From an uncultured Planctomycetaceae bacterium (GTDB lineage Bacteria; Planctomycetota; Planctomycetia; Isosphaerales; Isosphaeraceae), in the NCBI GenBank assembly GCA_963833985.1, contig CAWIAD010000001.1, positions 448,001 through 512,000 of the forward strand: a stretch of 64,000 nucleotides of DNA, in the 5' to 3' direction. The translations under genes and the position numbers were made by a program. This document shows positions 10,713 through 20,802 of the stretch, one piece after another. Within the stretch, counting starts at the first letter, position 1; every line of letters starts with the position of its first letter. The notes under the pieces are model-generated. The model saw nothing but the letters and a program-made list of their open reading frames with translations, was not told the DNA's origin and searched no databases.

Positions 10713-11043
10713 CATCGTTTCTTTACTGTTAATATGTTGCGAAGTGGCAGGATGTTCATCACTGTAGATCCGGTTTCCCGCAAATGCGGGCGGTGGATTG
10801 TGGAGCCCGAGCGCGCGGGCCGGGGGGGGTTCCTGCCCGCGCATGGGCGAGCCCAGTAAGAGCCCGAGCACTCGTCAAGAGACGGGGGAATGAGAAGGGT
10901 CGCGTTCTCCGACGACTCGATCGGCCGCCGCCCGTCCGGGCTGAAGGCCAGGCCGCTAACGACGGCGGCGGGCCCGTCGCACACGCGACCCCGGCCACCG
11001 GCCTCGGGTATCATCTGGAAAGGTAATCCTGGGAGGTGTTTCG

Positions 11044-11562
11044 ATGATCTCTCTTCGGCGCACCACGAGGAACAAGCCCGAGCCATCGATCTGGGCCCTG
11101 ATCTTGAGCCTCATCAAGCGAATCCCGGGGGGATTGGAAGAACGTTACCACTTGCCGCCCGTGTCCCGGGCGAGCCTCCGCTGGACAGCGGCCGGGGTTT
11201 CGGTCTGCGTCTGGCTCATCGGGATGGTGATGGGCTTGAGAGGGGGGCAGACGCTCGGCCGCGCCTCCACCATGGCTGTCATCTCGGCCGTCAGCGGGTT
11301 CGGTGCTTGGGCGTTGTACCACATCATTAGCCGACGAAACGATTTGCTGGCCATTCTTCTCCTCGCGATCGGACCGGCCATGATTCAGCGCGAAGACATC
11401 TCTCCGGGAGGCGAACTTGCATGCCGGCTCGGCATGATGGTTATCTTCTCGCTCGTGTCGTGCTTCTACGGGCTGCTGTTTCGCTTGTCCCCACGACAGA
11501 AGGGACAGAAGCCGGTTAGCTCGTCACCCGGGAATGACGATATCGATGGGCCGTTTGGATGA
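11044..11562 (+). CDS. Hypothetical membrane protein (about 4 TM)
   Basis: 172 aa ORF with hydrophobic segments, lower GC than the core genes. Start uncertain. Confidence 0.5.
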   Translation: MISLRRTTRNKPEPSIWALILSLIKRIPGGLEERYHLPPVSRASLRWTAAGVSVCVWLIGMVMGLRGGQTLGRASTMAVISAVSGFGAWALYHIISRRNDLLAILLLAIGPAMIQREDISPGGELACRLGMMVIFSLVSCFYGLLFRLSPRQKGQKPVSSSPGNDDIDGPFG

Positions 11563-11735
11563 ACTCCGGGGGGGTAGCCGGGGGCGAAGCGTGGCGTGCC
11601 CCGGCGACGGCGAGGGACGCAACGGTCGGTGCGGCGGGTCGGAAGCCGAACATCGGCGGACCCCTTCCCTCGAGGTCGCCCGATTTGATGGCCGTGGGGC
11701 TACGACCCCAAGGGAGGGAAAAGTGGTCGTCACTG

Positions 11736-12085
11736 GGGGGCACGAAGGGGCCACCCAGAGTTCAGGGTAGTGTGCGAGCCTTCCGCGTGGGATTCGGACT
11801 CGTCAGGTGCCTTGGCGGCCTCGCTTGCTGTGGCCGAACCGCTAAGTTCGGTGTGCGGCCTGGAGGGGATGTGGATGGCGCCACGGTGGCGCTGACAATG
11901 CGTTGAACCACAGAGAGCACAGTGAACACAGAGCAAGAAAACCACGGAGGGAGAGGACAATTCAAACATTCTTGATGTTTCTTTTCTTTTCTTTCTTCTC
12001 CCCCTCTGTGGTCCCTGTGTTCTCTGTGGTTGAACGCATTCGTATTCTCTGTAGTGGGTTGCCTAACTTTGTGGTTGCACGAAGG
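11736..12085. repeat. Tag-headed dispersed repeat, copy B (~350 bp), including an ACCACAGAG-type long hairpin
   Basis: Tag at 11740-11756, then the 150-bp module, then the hairpin AATGCGTTGAACCACAGAG (11897)...CTCTGTGGTTGAACGCATT (12040), closing with partial tag GCACGAAGG at 12077-12085. Confidence 0.85.
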
Positions 12086-12143
12086 TGCGCTGCACGGAGG
12101 GACTACCCAGGCTTCAGGGCGGCGTCCCGTTTTCCTGTCTCGC

Positions 12144-12186
12144 TTGGCAAAATGGGCAATTGCTCCTAGACTGGTTAATACTGGTT
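12144..12186 (+). promoter_or_regulatory. Putative sigma70 promoter and autoregulatory operator of the TA operon
   Basis: TTGGCA (12144-49), 17 bp spacer, TAGACT (12167-72). Direct repeat ACTGGTT at 12170 and 12180 overlaps the -10 and start region. Confidence 0.5.
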
Positions 12187-12208
12187 GAAATCGAATGGGA
12201 GAATGCTC

Positions 12209-12460
12209 ATGGAATCTGTCGGCTCGTTCGAGGCCAAAACGCACCTGGCCCAGCTCCTTGAGCGTGTGGCCCAGGGCGAGGAATTCACCATCACCAAGCA
12301 CGGCAAACCCGTGGCCCGGCTGGTGCCTGTCATCATCACCGCCGCGCCCAAGCCCGATGTACGGCAGGTCATCGAGGAATTGAAAGCCTTCAGCAAGGGC
12401 AACACGCTTGGCGAAGGCATCAGCGTCCGCGATCTGATCGAGGAAGGCCGCCGCTTCTGA
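12209..12460 (+). CDS. Phd/YefM family antitoxin
   Basis: MESVGSFEAKTHLAQLLERVAQGEEFTITKHGKPVARLVP, C-terminal IEEGRRF. Confidence 0.9.
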   Translation: MESVGSFEAKTHLAQLLERVAQGEEFTITKHGKPVARLVPVIITAAPKPDVRQVIEELKAFSKGNTLGEGISVRDLIEEGRRF

Positions 12461-12485
12461 CATGCAATGACGAAAGGATTCGCCG

Positions 12486-12914
12486 ATGGAAACCAGGGAC
12501 GGTTTCGTGCTCGACTGCTCTGTGACGATGGCTTGGTGTTTCGATGACGAAGCCACCCCCTTTACCGATGGCGTACGCGACAGCCTGGCCGATATGCGGG
12601 CCGTGGTGCCGTTTATCTGGCCGCTCGAAGCCGCAAACGCCACCATCATGGGCGAACGCCGCAAACGGCTGGACGAGGCCCGCAGCAGGCGTTTCTTCAT
12701 GCTCCTCGAAGCCTTGCCCATCGACGTCGATGGGGAAACCGGAAGCCGGGCATTCGACGACATCGTCTACCTGGCCAGAACCTACAAGCTCTCCGCCTAC
12801 GACGCCGCTTATCTGGAACTGGCCATCCGCCGTGGCCTGCCGCTGGCGTGCAACGATGGCAAGTTGAAAACCGCCGCCCTTACCGCTGGCGTCGTGCTCT
12901 TCAGCCCACCCTGA
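12486..12914 (+). CDS. vapC: VapC (PIN domain) toxin
   Basis: FVLDCSVTMAWCFDDE, WPLEAAN, LSAYDAAYLELA, LACNDGKL. Lies directly downstream of the antitoxin. Confidence 0.9.
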   Translation: METRDGFVLDCSVTMAWCFDDEATPFTDGVRDSLADMRAVVPFIWPLEAANATIMGERRKRLDEARSRRFFMLLEALPIDVDGETGSRAFDDIVYLARTYKLSAYDAAYLELAIRRGLPLACNDGKLKTAALTAGVVLFSPP

Positions 12915-12966
12915 AAAGCCCACGGCTGCATGCAAACCGGCTGATGGAATCGATCAAAGAAGAAAC

Positions 12967-13414
12967 GCACGATGGGGCCACTCACGGTTCAGGGTGGGGT
13001 AAGAGCCGTCTGCGCGGGATTCGGTGTCGGGAAAGTTGCCTCGCAGCTTGGTCCGCGGTGATCGTGCCCCTTGGAGCTGGACCCGAGCTGGAGGGGAATG
13101 TAAATGGCCCCACGGTGGCGCACGGTGGAGCACGGTGGCGCTGACAATGCGTTGAACCACAGAGAGCACAGTGAACACAGAGAAAGAAAACTACAGAGAT
13201 AGAGAAGACAATTCAAGTATGCTTGAGGTTTCTTTTCTTTCTTCTCCCCCTCTGTGGTCTCTGTGATCTCTGTGGTTGAACGCATTCGTATTCTCTGTGG
13301 TTGAACGCATTCGTATTCTCTGCGGTTGAACGCATTCGTATTCTCTGCGGTTGAACGCATTCATATTCTCTGTGGTTGGTTGCCTTTCTTTGTGGTTGCA
13401 CGAAGGGGCCACCC
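12967..13414. repeat. Tag-headed dispersed repeat, copy C (~450 bp) with internal tandem amplifications
   Basis: Variant tag at 12967-12983, 10-bp CACGGTGG(C/A)G x3 at 13111-13140, hairpin from 13146, 25-bp CTCTG(T/C)GGTTGAACGCATTCGTATT x4 at 13268-13367, full tag at 13398-13414. Confidence 0.85.
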
Positions 13415-13453
13415 GTACTCACGATTGGCCACGGCTCCGCACTGCCACAGGGT

Positions 13454-15097
13454 TTACAGCTCCGCAAGCACGCGGTGGGCGCAGGTGACGGCGAGGGCGC
13501 CGTCGCCCACGGCAAACGCGACCCGCTTCGTGGTGTTGCTGCGGACATCGCCGGCGGCGAACACCCCGGGAGAGCTGGTTTCCACCACGCACGGCTCACG
13601 GTGCTCCAGCGGCCATTTGCCGGAGTGGAAGGCGTCGGGACCGGTGAGGACGAAACCCTTGGCGTCCAGCACAATCGCCGGCGGCAGCCAGTCGGTGCGG
13701 GGCTGTGCTCCAATGAAGACGAACAGCGCGGAACACTCGAGCCGGCGCGTGGCGTCCGCGCCGGCCTGGCAAATCCGCACCCCGGAGAAGCTGCCGTTGC
13801 CCTCGACGGCCTGGACCTCGGCGCGGCGGAGCACCTCGATCTTCGGGTGCTGCTCGATGCGCCGCGCCAGGTAATCGGACATGTTCTTGCGCAGATCCTC
13901 GCCCCTGAGCAGCAGCACCACGCCCGAGGTGTGCTCGGCCAGGAACATCGCCGCCTGGCCGGCCGAGTTGCCACCCCCGATCACGACGGCCCGGCCGCTC
14001 TTGCAGGATCGCGCGTGCACCGATGTGCACGAATAATAGATCCCCGCGCCATCCCAGCGCTCGCAGCCGGAGACGGGGAGCCTGCGATAGGAGGCTCCGG
14101 TCGCGATCAGAATGGTCTTGCCCCGGACGATTTGCCCATCGTCCAGTTCCAGGCGATGCAGCTTCCCCTCGATGGCCATGGAACGGACCTCGACCGGGGC
14201 GACCAGCTCGGCACCGAACTTCAGCGCCTGAAGATAGCCGCGGTTGGCCAGGTCCGCGCCGCTGAGCCCCGCGGGAAAGCCCATGTAGTTCTCGATCCGC
14301 GAGCTGGTGCCGGCCTGGCCGCCCGGTCCGAAGCGGTCCAGGACCAGGGTGGAAAGCCCCTCGGAGGCGCCGTAGACCGCGGCCGCCAGGCCGGCCGGAC
14401 CTGCGCCCACGATCACCAGGTCGAACGGCTCGGTGCGAATGGGCCGCTTCAAGCCCAGGCATTCGGCCAGCCGCGTGACCGTCGGCCGCGCCGAGTGCAC
14501 GCCACGGTTGCAGACGACGAACGGCAGTTGATCGGGACCGGCCCCGAGCACCTGGTACGCCGCCTCCCCTTCCGGCTCGTCCAGGTCCACCCAGGTGTGC
14601 GGCACCTTGTTCTTGTCGAAGAACTCGCGGATCTCGGTCAGCTCGGGGTCGCCCATGTGGCCGAAGACGCGGACGCCCACGAACCCGGACTGCTCCAGCA
14701 GGGTGCGCCGGGTCTGGAACGCCTCGAGCAGCTTGTCGCTCAGGTCCGGGATCTCCTGGATCACCCGGCGCAGCTCGTGCTGGGCCACGCAATAGGTCTC
14801 CGTGTCACCCCGGGCGTAAGCGGAAATCACGGCAGGCCGATCGGTCAAGAGCGACACGTCGCCCGTGAACTCACGCGGTCCGTGCACCACGATGGTCTTC
14901 GACTCGTCGCCCGATTCATCGACGATGGCCACCTCGCCCGAAATGACCACATAAAAGGGCACCCCGCGCGCACCGGCCTGGAACAACGGCTTGCCGTCCT
15001 GGAACGAACAGGTCGTCGCTAACTTCGACAGGGCTTGCACTTCGGAATCGGTCAGTCGTGGGAACGCGAGCTGATGGGCGTAATCTACCGTCGCCAT
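13454..15097 (-). CDS. Cyclic-nucleotide-binding domain fused to thioredoxin-reductase-like FAD oxidoreductase
   Basis: N-terminal cNMP domain (FYVVISGEV..EFTGDVSLL), DLVIVGAGPAGLAAAVYGASEG, GGQAGTSSRIENYMGFP, VIGGGNSAGQAA, GVFAAGDVR. Confidence 0.85.
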   Translation of the reverse strand: MATVDYAHQLAFPRLTDSEVQALSKLATTCSFQDGKPLFQAGARGVPFYVVISGEVAIVDESGDESKTIVVHGPREFTGDVSLLTDRPAVISAYARGDTETYCVAQHELRRVIQEIPDLSDKLLEAFQTRRTLLEQSGFVGVRVFGHMGDPELTEIREFFDKNKVPHTWVDLDEPEGEAAYQVLGAGPDQLPFVVCNRGVHSARPTVTRLAECLGLKRPIRTEPFDLVIVGAGPAGLAAAVYGASEGLSTLVLDRFGPGGQAGTSSRIENYMGFPAGLSGADLANRGYLQALKFGAELVAPVEVRSMAIEGKLHRLELDDGQIVRGKTILIATGASYRRLPVSGCERWDGAGIYYSCTSVHARSCKSGRAVVIGGGNSAGQAAMFLAEHTSGVVLLLRGEDLRKNMSDYLARRIEQHPKIEVLRRAEVQAVEGNGSFSGVRICQAGADATRRLECSALFVFIGAQPRTDWLPPAIVLDAKGFVLTGPDAFHSGKWPLEHREPCVVETSSPGVFAAGDVRSNTTKRVAFAVGDGALAVTCAHRVLAEL

Positions 15098-15314
15098 GGC
15101 CGAGCCTCCAGAGCGCGCAACAAGGTTCCGTGCGGTATGGGCCGTCTTCCCTATCGTGAATACCATGTCAAGCCCGTCCCCAGCACGCGAACGCATTCAT
15201 GACACCATACAAGGGGTCCGTCCAGGACGGCTGCACCCCGAAATGTCCGCCCGCAACATCGGCGCGATTGCCCCAGACGTGCCCGCATCTTGAAAAAGTT
15301 GCAAGAACTATTCG

Positions 15315-15343
15315 TTGACTCGATTCTGATGCTACGATAGTAT
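15315..15343 (+). promoter_or_regulatory. Putative sigma70 promoter for the SpoIVB-peptidase operon
   Basis: TTGACT, 17 bp spacer, TAGTAT in an AT-rich divergent intergenic region. Confidence 0.5.
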
Positions 15344-15566
15344 AAGAATAGATGATCCAGGATGGAGCAAATCGTCGGACGCGCCTTCGTCGATGAGGAC
15401 GGCTCATCCGCTTGACGACACAGCGATCAGACCCGATCTCATCCGCGTGACTGGTTCCTGAGTGCTTGGGATACTGTCTGCACACACGGAATCGCGCCGC
15501 CTCTCTCTTGCTCAGCCATCTCTGGTCTTCCTACCTGTCACACCTTGTATCAGGGAGACCCATCCC

Positions 15567-17477
15567 ATGTATTCCGCGCTGCGCTCTTGGGGTACCACTT
15601 CCGCCCCTCTGCGGATGCTCCTGACCCTGGTCGCCCTGGCGGCCTGGCTGCCTGCACGGGCCGGCGAGCCGGACCCGAAGATGTACTGGGACGTGAAGGA
15701 TGTTCGCCCGGGCATGAGGGGTGTGGGCAAGACGGTGATGGTCGGCACCAAGCTCGAGGAGTTTGGAGCCGAGGTGCTGGGCGTGATGCGCGATGTGAAC
15801 CCGGGCCGGGACATGGTGCTGTGCCGGCTGACCGGCTGCAACCTGGAGCACGCGGGCATCATCCAGGGGATGAGCGGCAGCCCGATTTACATTGACGGCA
15901 AGCTGCTGGGCGCCGTGGCCTTCGCCTGGGAGTTCGCCAAGGACCCGATCGCGGGTGTGACGCCCTTTCAGCAAATGGTGCAGTACGTACGAGCGAGCGA
16001 CCGGCGGATCGCGGCGGAGTCGCGTGACCTGCTGCCCGCCAAGAGCTTTCAGGCTTCGCGGATGTCGCTTTTTCCGGACCTGGAGGGGCCGACCGGCGAG
16101 CCGTTCCCGCTGGACGGCCGGACGGCGCCCGTGCGGGTTTCCGGCGGCGGGATGGCCGGCATGACCCCGATCGCCACGCCGCTGGCGGCCTCCGGGTTCA
16201 GCCCCCGCGCCCTGTCGGTCCTGGAGACGCAGTTGCGGCCGCTGGGGATGGCCCCCATGGCCGGCGGGATGGCCCCCGAGCACGTCCTGCGGCAAGAGGC
16301 GTCCACTCCGCTGGTTCCCGGAGCGCCGCTGTCGATCGCCATGGTGATGGGTGATTTCGACCTTTCGGGCATTGGCACGGTCACCCACGTGGAAGGCAAC
16401 CGGGTGTACGGCTTTGGTCATCCGATGTTCAGCCTGGGCAGTTGCGATATGCCGATGATGACGGGCTTCATTCACACGGTTTATCCCCGCGCCAGCGTGA
16501 GCATGAAGATGGGCTCGCCGCTTCGGGTGGTGGGGATCCTGGACACCGACGTCAGCACCTGCGTGGCCGGCCGGATCGGGCCCAAGCCGGACATGCTACC
16601 CGTGCACGTGCAGGTGAAGACCGGCCGGTATGCCGATTCACGGCAATACCACGTGCAGATGATCCGCGAGCCAACGCTCTTGCCGGCCCTGCTGATGTCC
16701 GTCCTCACCAGTGCCATTGATACCGAGGGCAACCTGCCGGAGGAGTTGACGGCCCGTCTGAGCGCCACGTTCCAGGTGCGTGGGTACCCGCCGATCACGT
16801 TCACCGATACGTTCAGCGGCCCGCGCTACACCGGGCAGTCCGGTGCGGCCGCTCTGTTCTCGCCGCTGGCGTCGATCGCCAACCTGCTCGTGCGGAACTC
16901 GCTGGCCCCGGTGCGGATCGAGAGCATCGACTGTGCGGTGGAGATTGAACCGGGTCGCAAGGTGGCGGCCATCGAGTCGGTCCGCCTGCTCTCCGACACG
17001 GTCGAGCCCGGTCAGGACCTGAAGGCCTTTGTCACGCTCAAACCCTACAAGGGCGAGCGCGAGACCGTGGAGATGAAGATCGCCATCCCCGGCGACTTCC
17101 CGGAAGGCGGGTACGAAGCCGTCTTCAGCGACGCCTCCACCAGCTTGCGCCGGCGGTTCCGCAACGAGCCCCCGCTGGCCGAGCCGCGCGACCTGGCCGG
17201 CTTCATGTCCACCATCCGCATGCAGACCGAGCCCAAGCGGACCGCGGTGTACGCCCACGTCCCCACGCCCGAGCGCGGGCTGGCCGTGCAGGGGCAGGAG
17301 CTGCCGAACCTTCCTGGCAGTGTGCGGGCCGCGTTCGCGTCCAGGAAGGAGTCGCCGGCGCAGCCGATCCGTTCGGACCTGATCGCCGTTGGCTCCACGC
17401 TGTGGGTGGTGGAAGGCTCGCAGACGCTGCACTTCACCGTGGCCAAGGACGCGGGCATCTCGCTATCGTTGAAGTGA
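15567..17477 (+). CDS. Exported SpoIVB/peptidase S55 domain protein
   Basis: Signal peptide ending PARA, GIIQGMSGSPIYIDGKLLGAVA, GTVTHV...FGHPM. Confidence 0.85.
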   Translation: MYSALRSWGTTSAPLRMLLTLVALAAWLPARAGEPDPKMYWDVKDVRPGMRGVGKTVMVGTKLEEFGAEVLGVMRDVNPGRDMVLCRLTGCNLEHAGIIQGMSGSPIYIDGKLLGAVAFAWEFAKDPIAGVTPFQQMVQYVRASDRRIAAESRDLLPAKSFQASRMSLFPDLEGPTGEPFPLDGRTAPVRVSGGGMAGMTPIATPLAASGFSPRALSVLETQLRPLGMAPMAGGMAPEHVLRQEASTPLVPGAPLSIAMVMGDFDLSGIGTVTHVEGNRVYGFGHPMFSLGSCDMPMMTGFIHTVYPRASVSMKMGSPLRVVGILDTDVSTCVAGRIGPKPDMLPVHVQVKTGRYADSRQYHVQMIREPTLLPALLMSVLTSAIDTEGNLPEELTARLSATFQVRGYPPITFTDTFSGPRYTGQSGAAALFSPLASIANLLVRNSLAPVRIESIDCAVEIEPGRKVAAIESVRLLSDTVEPGQDLKAFVTLKPYKGERETVEMKIAIPGDFPEGGYEAVFSDASTSLRRRFRNEPPLAEPRDLAGFMSTIRMQTEPKRTAVYAHVPTPERGLAVQGQELPNLPGSVRAAFASRKESPAQPIRSDLIAVGSTLWVVEGSQTLHFTVAKDAGISLSLK

Positions 17478-17517
17478 CGGGCGAGTCTTGCCCGGATTCA
17501 CGAGACGCGAGGGCGAC

Positions 17518-19728
17518 ATGAGGCAAAGGCTGGGGGCGGAGCAGGGGCCCGGCTGGCATACGGCCGGGCAGCCGGGCCTGCGTGTACTGGCGGCAGGAAC
17601 GGCATTGACCCTGCTGGTCTCACTGTCCGCCTGGGCCAAGCTGGACACCTGGCGCCAGGAAGGCGCCTCGGCGTTCTCGAAGCACCACCGTGAGAGCGTG
17701 GTGATCTCGGACAAGGGACGAGCGCGGCTGGGCCATGCCCTGCTGCCAACGGGAAGCCTGGCCGCCGAGCGGGTCTGGGACCTGGCGCGGCGCCGACGGC
17801 ACGGTGTACGCGGCCACCGGCGATGCGGGCAAGGTGTTCCGCCAGCCTGCCCGGGACGGTGGTTCGTGGACGGTGGTGTTCGATGCGGCAGACACCCAGG
17901 CGCTATCGCTGGCGGCGACGCCCGAGGGGAAGGTCTTTGCCGGCACCGGCCCCGGGGGCCAGGTGGTGGAGGTCACCGACCCGCAGCATCCCGCCTCGCG
18001 GCCCGACCCGAAGGTCCAGTACATCTGGGACCTTGCCGCCGACGCCCAGGGAAACCTGTACGCGGCCACGGGGCCTTTCGGCCAGCTCTGGAAGCGGTCG
18101 CGCGATGGCAAGTGGTCGCTGCTCTTCGATAGCAAGGCTGCGCACCTGCTCTGTCTGGCGGTGGCGCCCGACGGATCGGTGTACGCCGGCAGCGACGGTG
18201 AGGGCCTCATCTACCGCGTCAGCCGCGAGGGGAAAGTCGCGGTCCTCTACGACGCCCCGCAGGCCGAGGTCCGCAGCTTGCTGCTGGCCCCCGACGGAGC
18301 GCTGTACGCGGGGACCGCGGCCGAGGCGAGCGGCAACAGCGGGTCAAGCCGCAGCGCGCTGTTCTCGCTGCGCGAGGACGGCCGCGGCCCGGACGAGCGT
18401 GGAGTCGCGGTGCAAGCGGTTCCGGTGGGCCGGTCCGCCAGTGCGCTGGCGTCGTTTCAGGCCCGCGGCACGGCCACGTCCCCGGCTCAGCCGGGCGCGC
18501 AGGCCCCCCGCGGCGGGCTCGGCGGCTCCCCGCCCCGTGACGGCCGGTGATAACGCCGTCTACCGCATCGACGGCGACGGCGTGGCCCGCGAGGTCTTCC
18601 GCATCAAGGCGCTGATCTTCGCGCTTTGCTGGTCCGGCGACCGCCTGCTCGTCGGCACCGGTCCGGACGGCCAGCTCTTCGAGGTGCGAGACCAGGGCGC
18701 CGAGAGCACGCCTCTGGCGCGCCTGGACAACGGACAGATCCTCGCGCTGCTGGCGCGGCCGGACGGCGAGGTCCTGCTCGGGACGGGCGACCCCGGCACG
18801 GTCGCCCGGCTTTCCCCCGCCTATGTCAACCAGGGAGAGCTGGTCTCGGAAGTGCACGACACCCGGCTGCTCAGCCGCTTCGGCGCGCTGTCGTGGCGGG
18901 CTGACGTGCCGGCCGGGACGTCGGTTGCGCTCCAGGCCCGCAGTGGGAACGTGGGCGAGCCCGACGAGACCTGGTCGGCCTGGTCGGCCGAGCAGACCGA
19001 TCCGGCGGCGGCGCGGGCCGAGTCGCCCCCGGGCCGGTTCGTGCAGTACCGGGCGAAGCTGGCCACGCGTGATCCGGCACGTACGCCGGAGCTCACCAGT
19101 GTGTCGCTGTCGTTCCGCTCCGGCAACCTGCCGCCGGAGATCAACCGGCTGGACATCCCGGACCTGAGCACCGCCGACGGCACCACCCGGCAGACCCGGC
19201 TGAACGTGCGCGTGGGACGTGACCGACCCGAATGATGACGAGCTGAACTTCCTTGTCCAGGTGCGCAAGGAAGGCTGGCCGGCCTGGATCACATTGACCG
19301 AGACACCCATCACCGAGAAGAGCTACAACTGGGATACCACGGCGTTTCCTTCGGGAGATTACCGGATGCGGCTGGTGGTCAGCGACCGGCCGTCGAACAG
19401 CCCGGACGACGCCCTCACGCGGGACCGCGAGAGCCCCTCGTTCGTGGTGGATCACGAACCGCCGCAGGTCAAGGTGACGCCCAGGGAGAAGAAGGCGGTG
19501 ATCGTGCTGTCCGACAACCTGACCCGTGTCGTGAAGGCGGAATACGCGCTCGACGGCGGGGCCTGGACGCCGCTCTTCCCCGATGACGGCCTGTTCGACA
19601 CCACTCGCGAGCAAGTCACGCTGGCGCTGCCCGAGCTGAAGCCTGGCGCGCACCTGTTGATGGTTCGCGCCACCGACGCGGCCGGCAACATCGGCTCGGG
19701 CGATGCGCTGGTTGTGGTGAGGGACTGA
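17518..19728 (+). CDS. Exported beta-propeller (WD40-like) protein with C-terminal Ig/FN3-like domains, frameshifts near 17790, 18510 and 19210
   Basis: Four consecutive overlapping ORFs with repeated DGxxYAxTGxxGxxY/F blades and C-terminal VRATDAAGN. Confidence 0.75.
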
Positions 19729-19731
19729 GCC

Positions 19732-20802
19732 ATGGTTCCCGGGCATCGATCGGGACGATGCGCTCACGGCGGGCTGCCGTCCCTGGTCCTGGGGCCGGGA
19801 CAGTGGCCGCGAGTGGCGAGGCGGCCGCGGCCGGGTGCCTGGAGACGCGGGCTCACGCTCATGGACGTGATCGTGGTACTGTTCCTCGCCGGCGTTTTCT
19901 TGCTGCTGTTGCTCATGGCCGTTCCCCGGAGCCGTGAACACGCGCGGCTGGCGGGGTGCCAGCGGAACCTCGCCCAGATTGGCCTGGCGCTGGCACTCTA
20001 CGACCAGACCCAGCACCAGCTTCCGGGGACTGGCGGGCTCGAGGCGCCGGCGTCGCCCGGGCCCGCTGCCGGGCCGGGACCGCTGAGGACCCTGCTCCAG
20101 ACGCTGCGGCAAGCGGATTTCCTGGACCTGAGCCCGACCGTGAGCCCCACACACCCTTCCGGCCCTGTCCCGGGGGAAGTGCCGGTTCCCGGCTTCGTGT
20201 GCGCGAGCGATCAGAACGCCACGGCCGGGCTGTTCCGGGCGCCAGTGAGCTACCGGGCCTGTACCGGCAGCGGCCTCTCCGGCGGTGACGGCATCTTTGC
20301 TGCCGGGCAGAGGACCAGCCTCGCCGATGTCGAAGAGCGCGACGGTGCCGGCTACACCGCCGCCTTCGCGGAGCGACTGGTCGGTGACGGCAACGACGGC
20401 CACCTTTCGAATTCCAATTATGCCGTCGCGGCCGGCCCTCTTCCCAGCCAGGGGTGCTCGCTGCTCTGGCTCAAGGACCACGCGGCGAACTGGCGCGGGG
20501 ACGCCGGCGCGACCTGGTTTCCCGCCGGCTACCGCGGCACGCTGTACAATCACGCGCTGCCGCCGGGTGCGCCGCTCTCTTGCGTGGCACTCGATGGACA
20601 GACGGCGGCCATGGGAGCCTCCAGCGGACACACCCGCGGCATCAACCTGCTCTTGCTCGACGGATCGGTGAAGATCGTCTCGCCGGCGATTGATTTGGAT
20701 GTGTGGCGACGCTTTGCCGCGGTGGCGGACTCGCGCCCGGACCGCCGGTTCCATGAACGAGGCTGCCACGAACGAGGCCGCCCTACCTGGGAGACAACTG
20801 CG
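19732..20802 (+). CDS. DUF1559 (SBP_bac_10-like) protein with prepilin-type N-terminus
   Basis: RGLTLMDVIVVL, SREHARLAGCQRNLAQIGLAL, YNHALPP, SSGHTRGINLLLLDGSVK. The true stop is probably lost to an indel, so it reads through into the HAD gene. Confidence 0.75.

Noticed and set aside
12061..12080. Integron attC site (GCCTAAC...GTTGCAC)
   Set aside because: The boxes are only 6 bp apart, GTTGCAC does not fit GTTRRRY, and there is no integron integrase in the window.
13268..13378. CRISPR array (25-bp repeats)
   Set aside because: The units are directly abutting with no spacers, and there are no cas genes.
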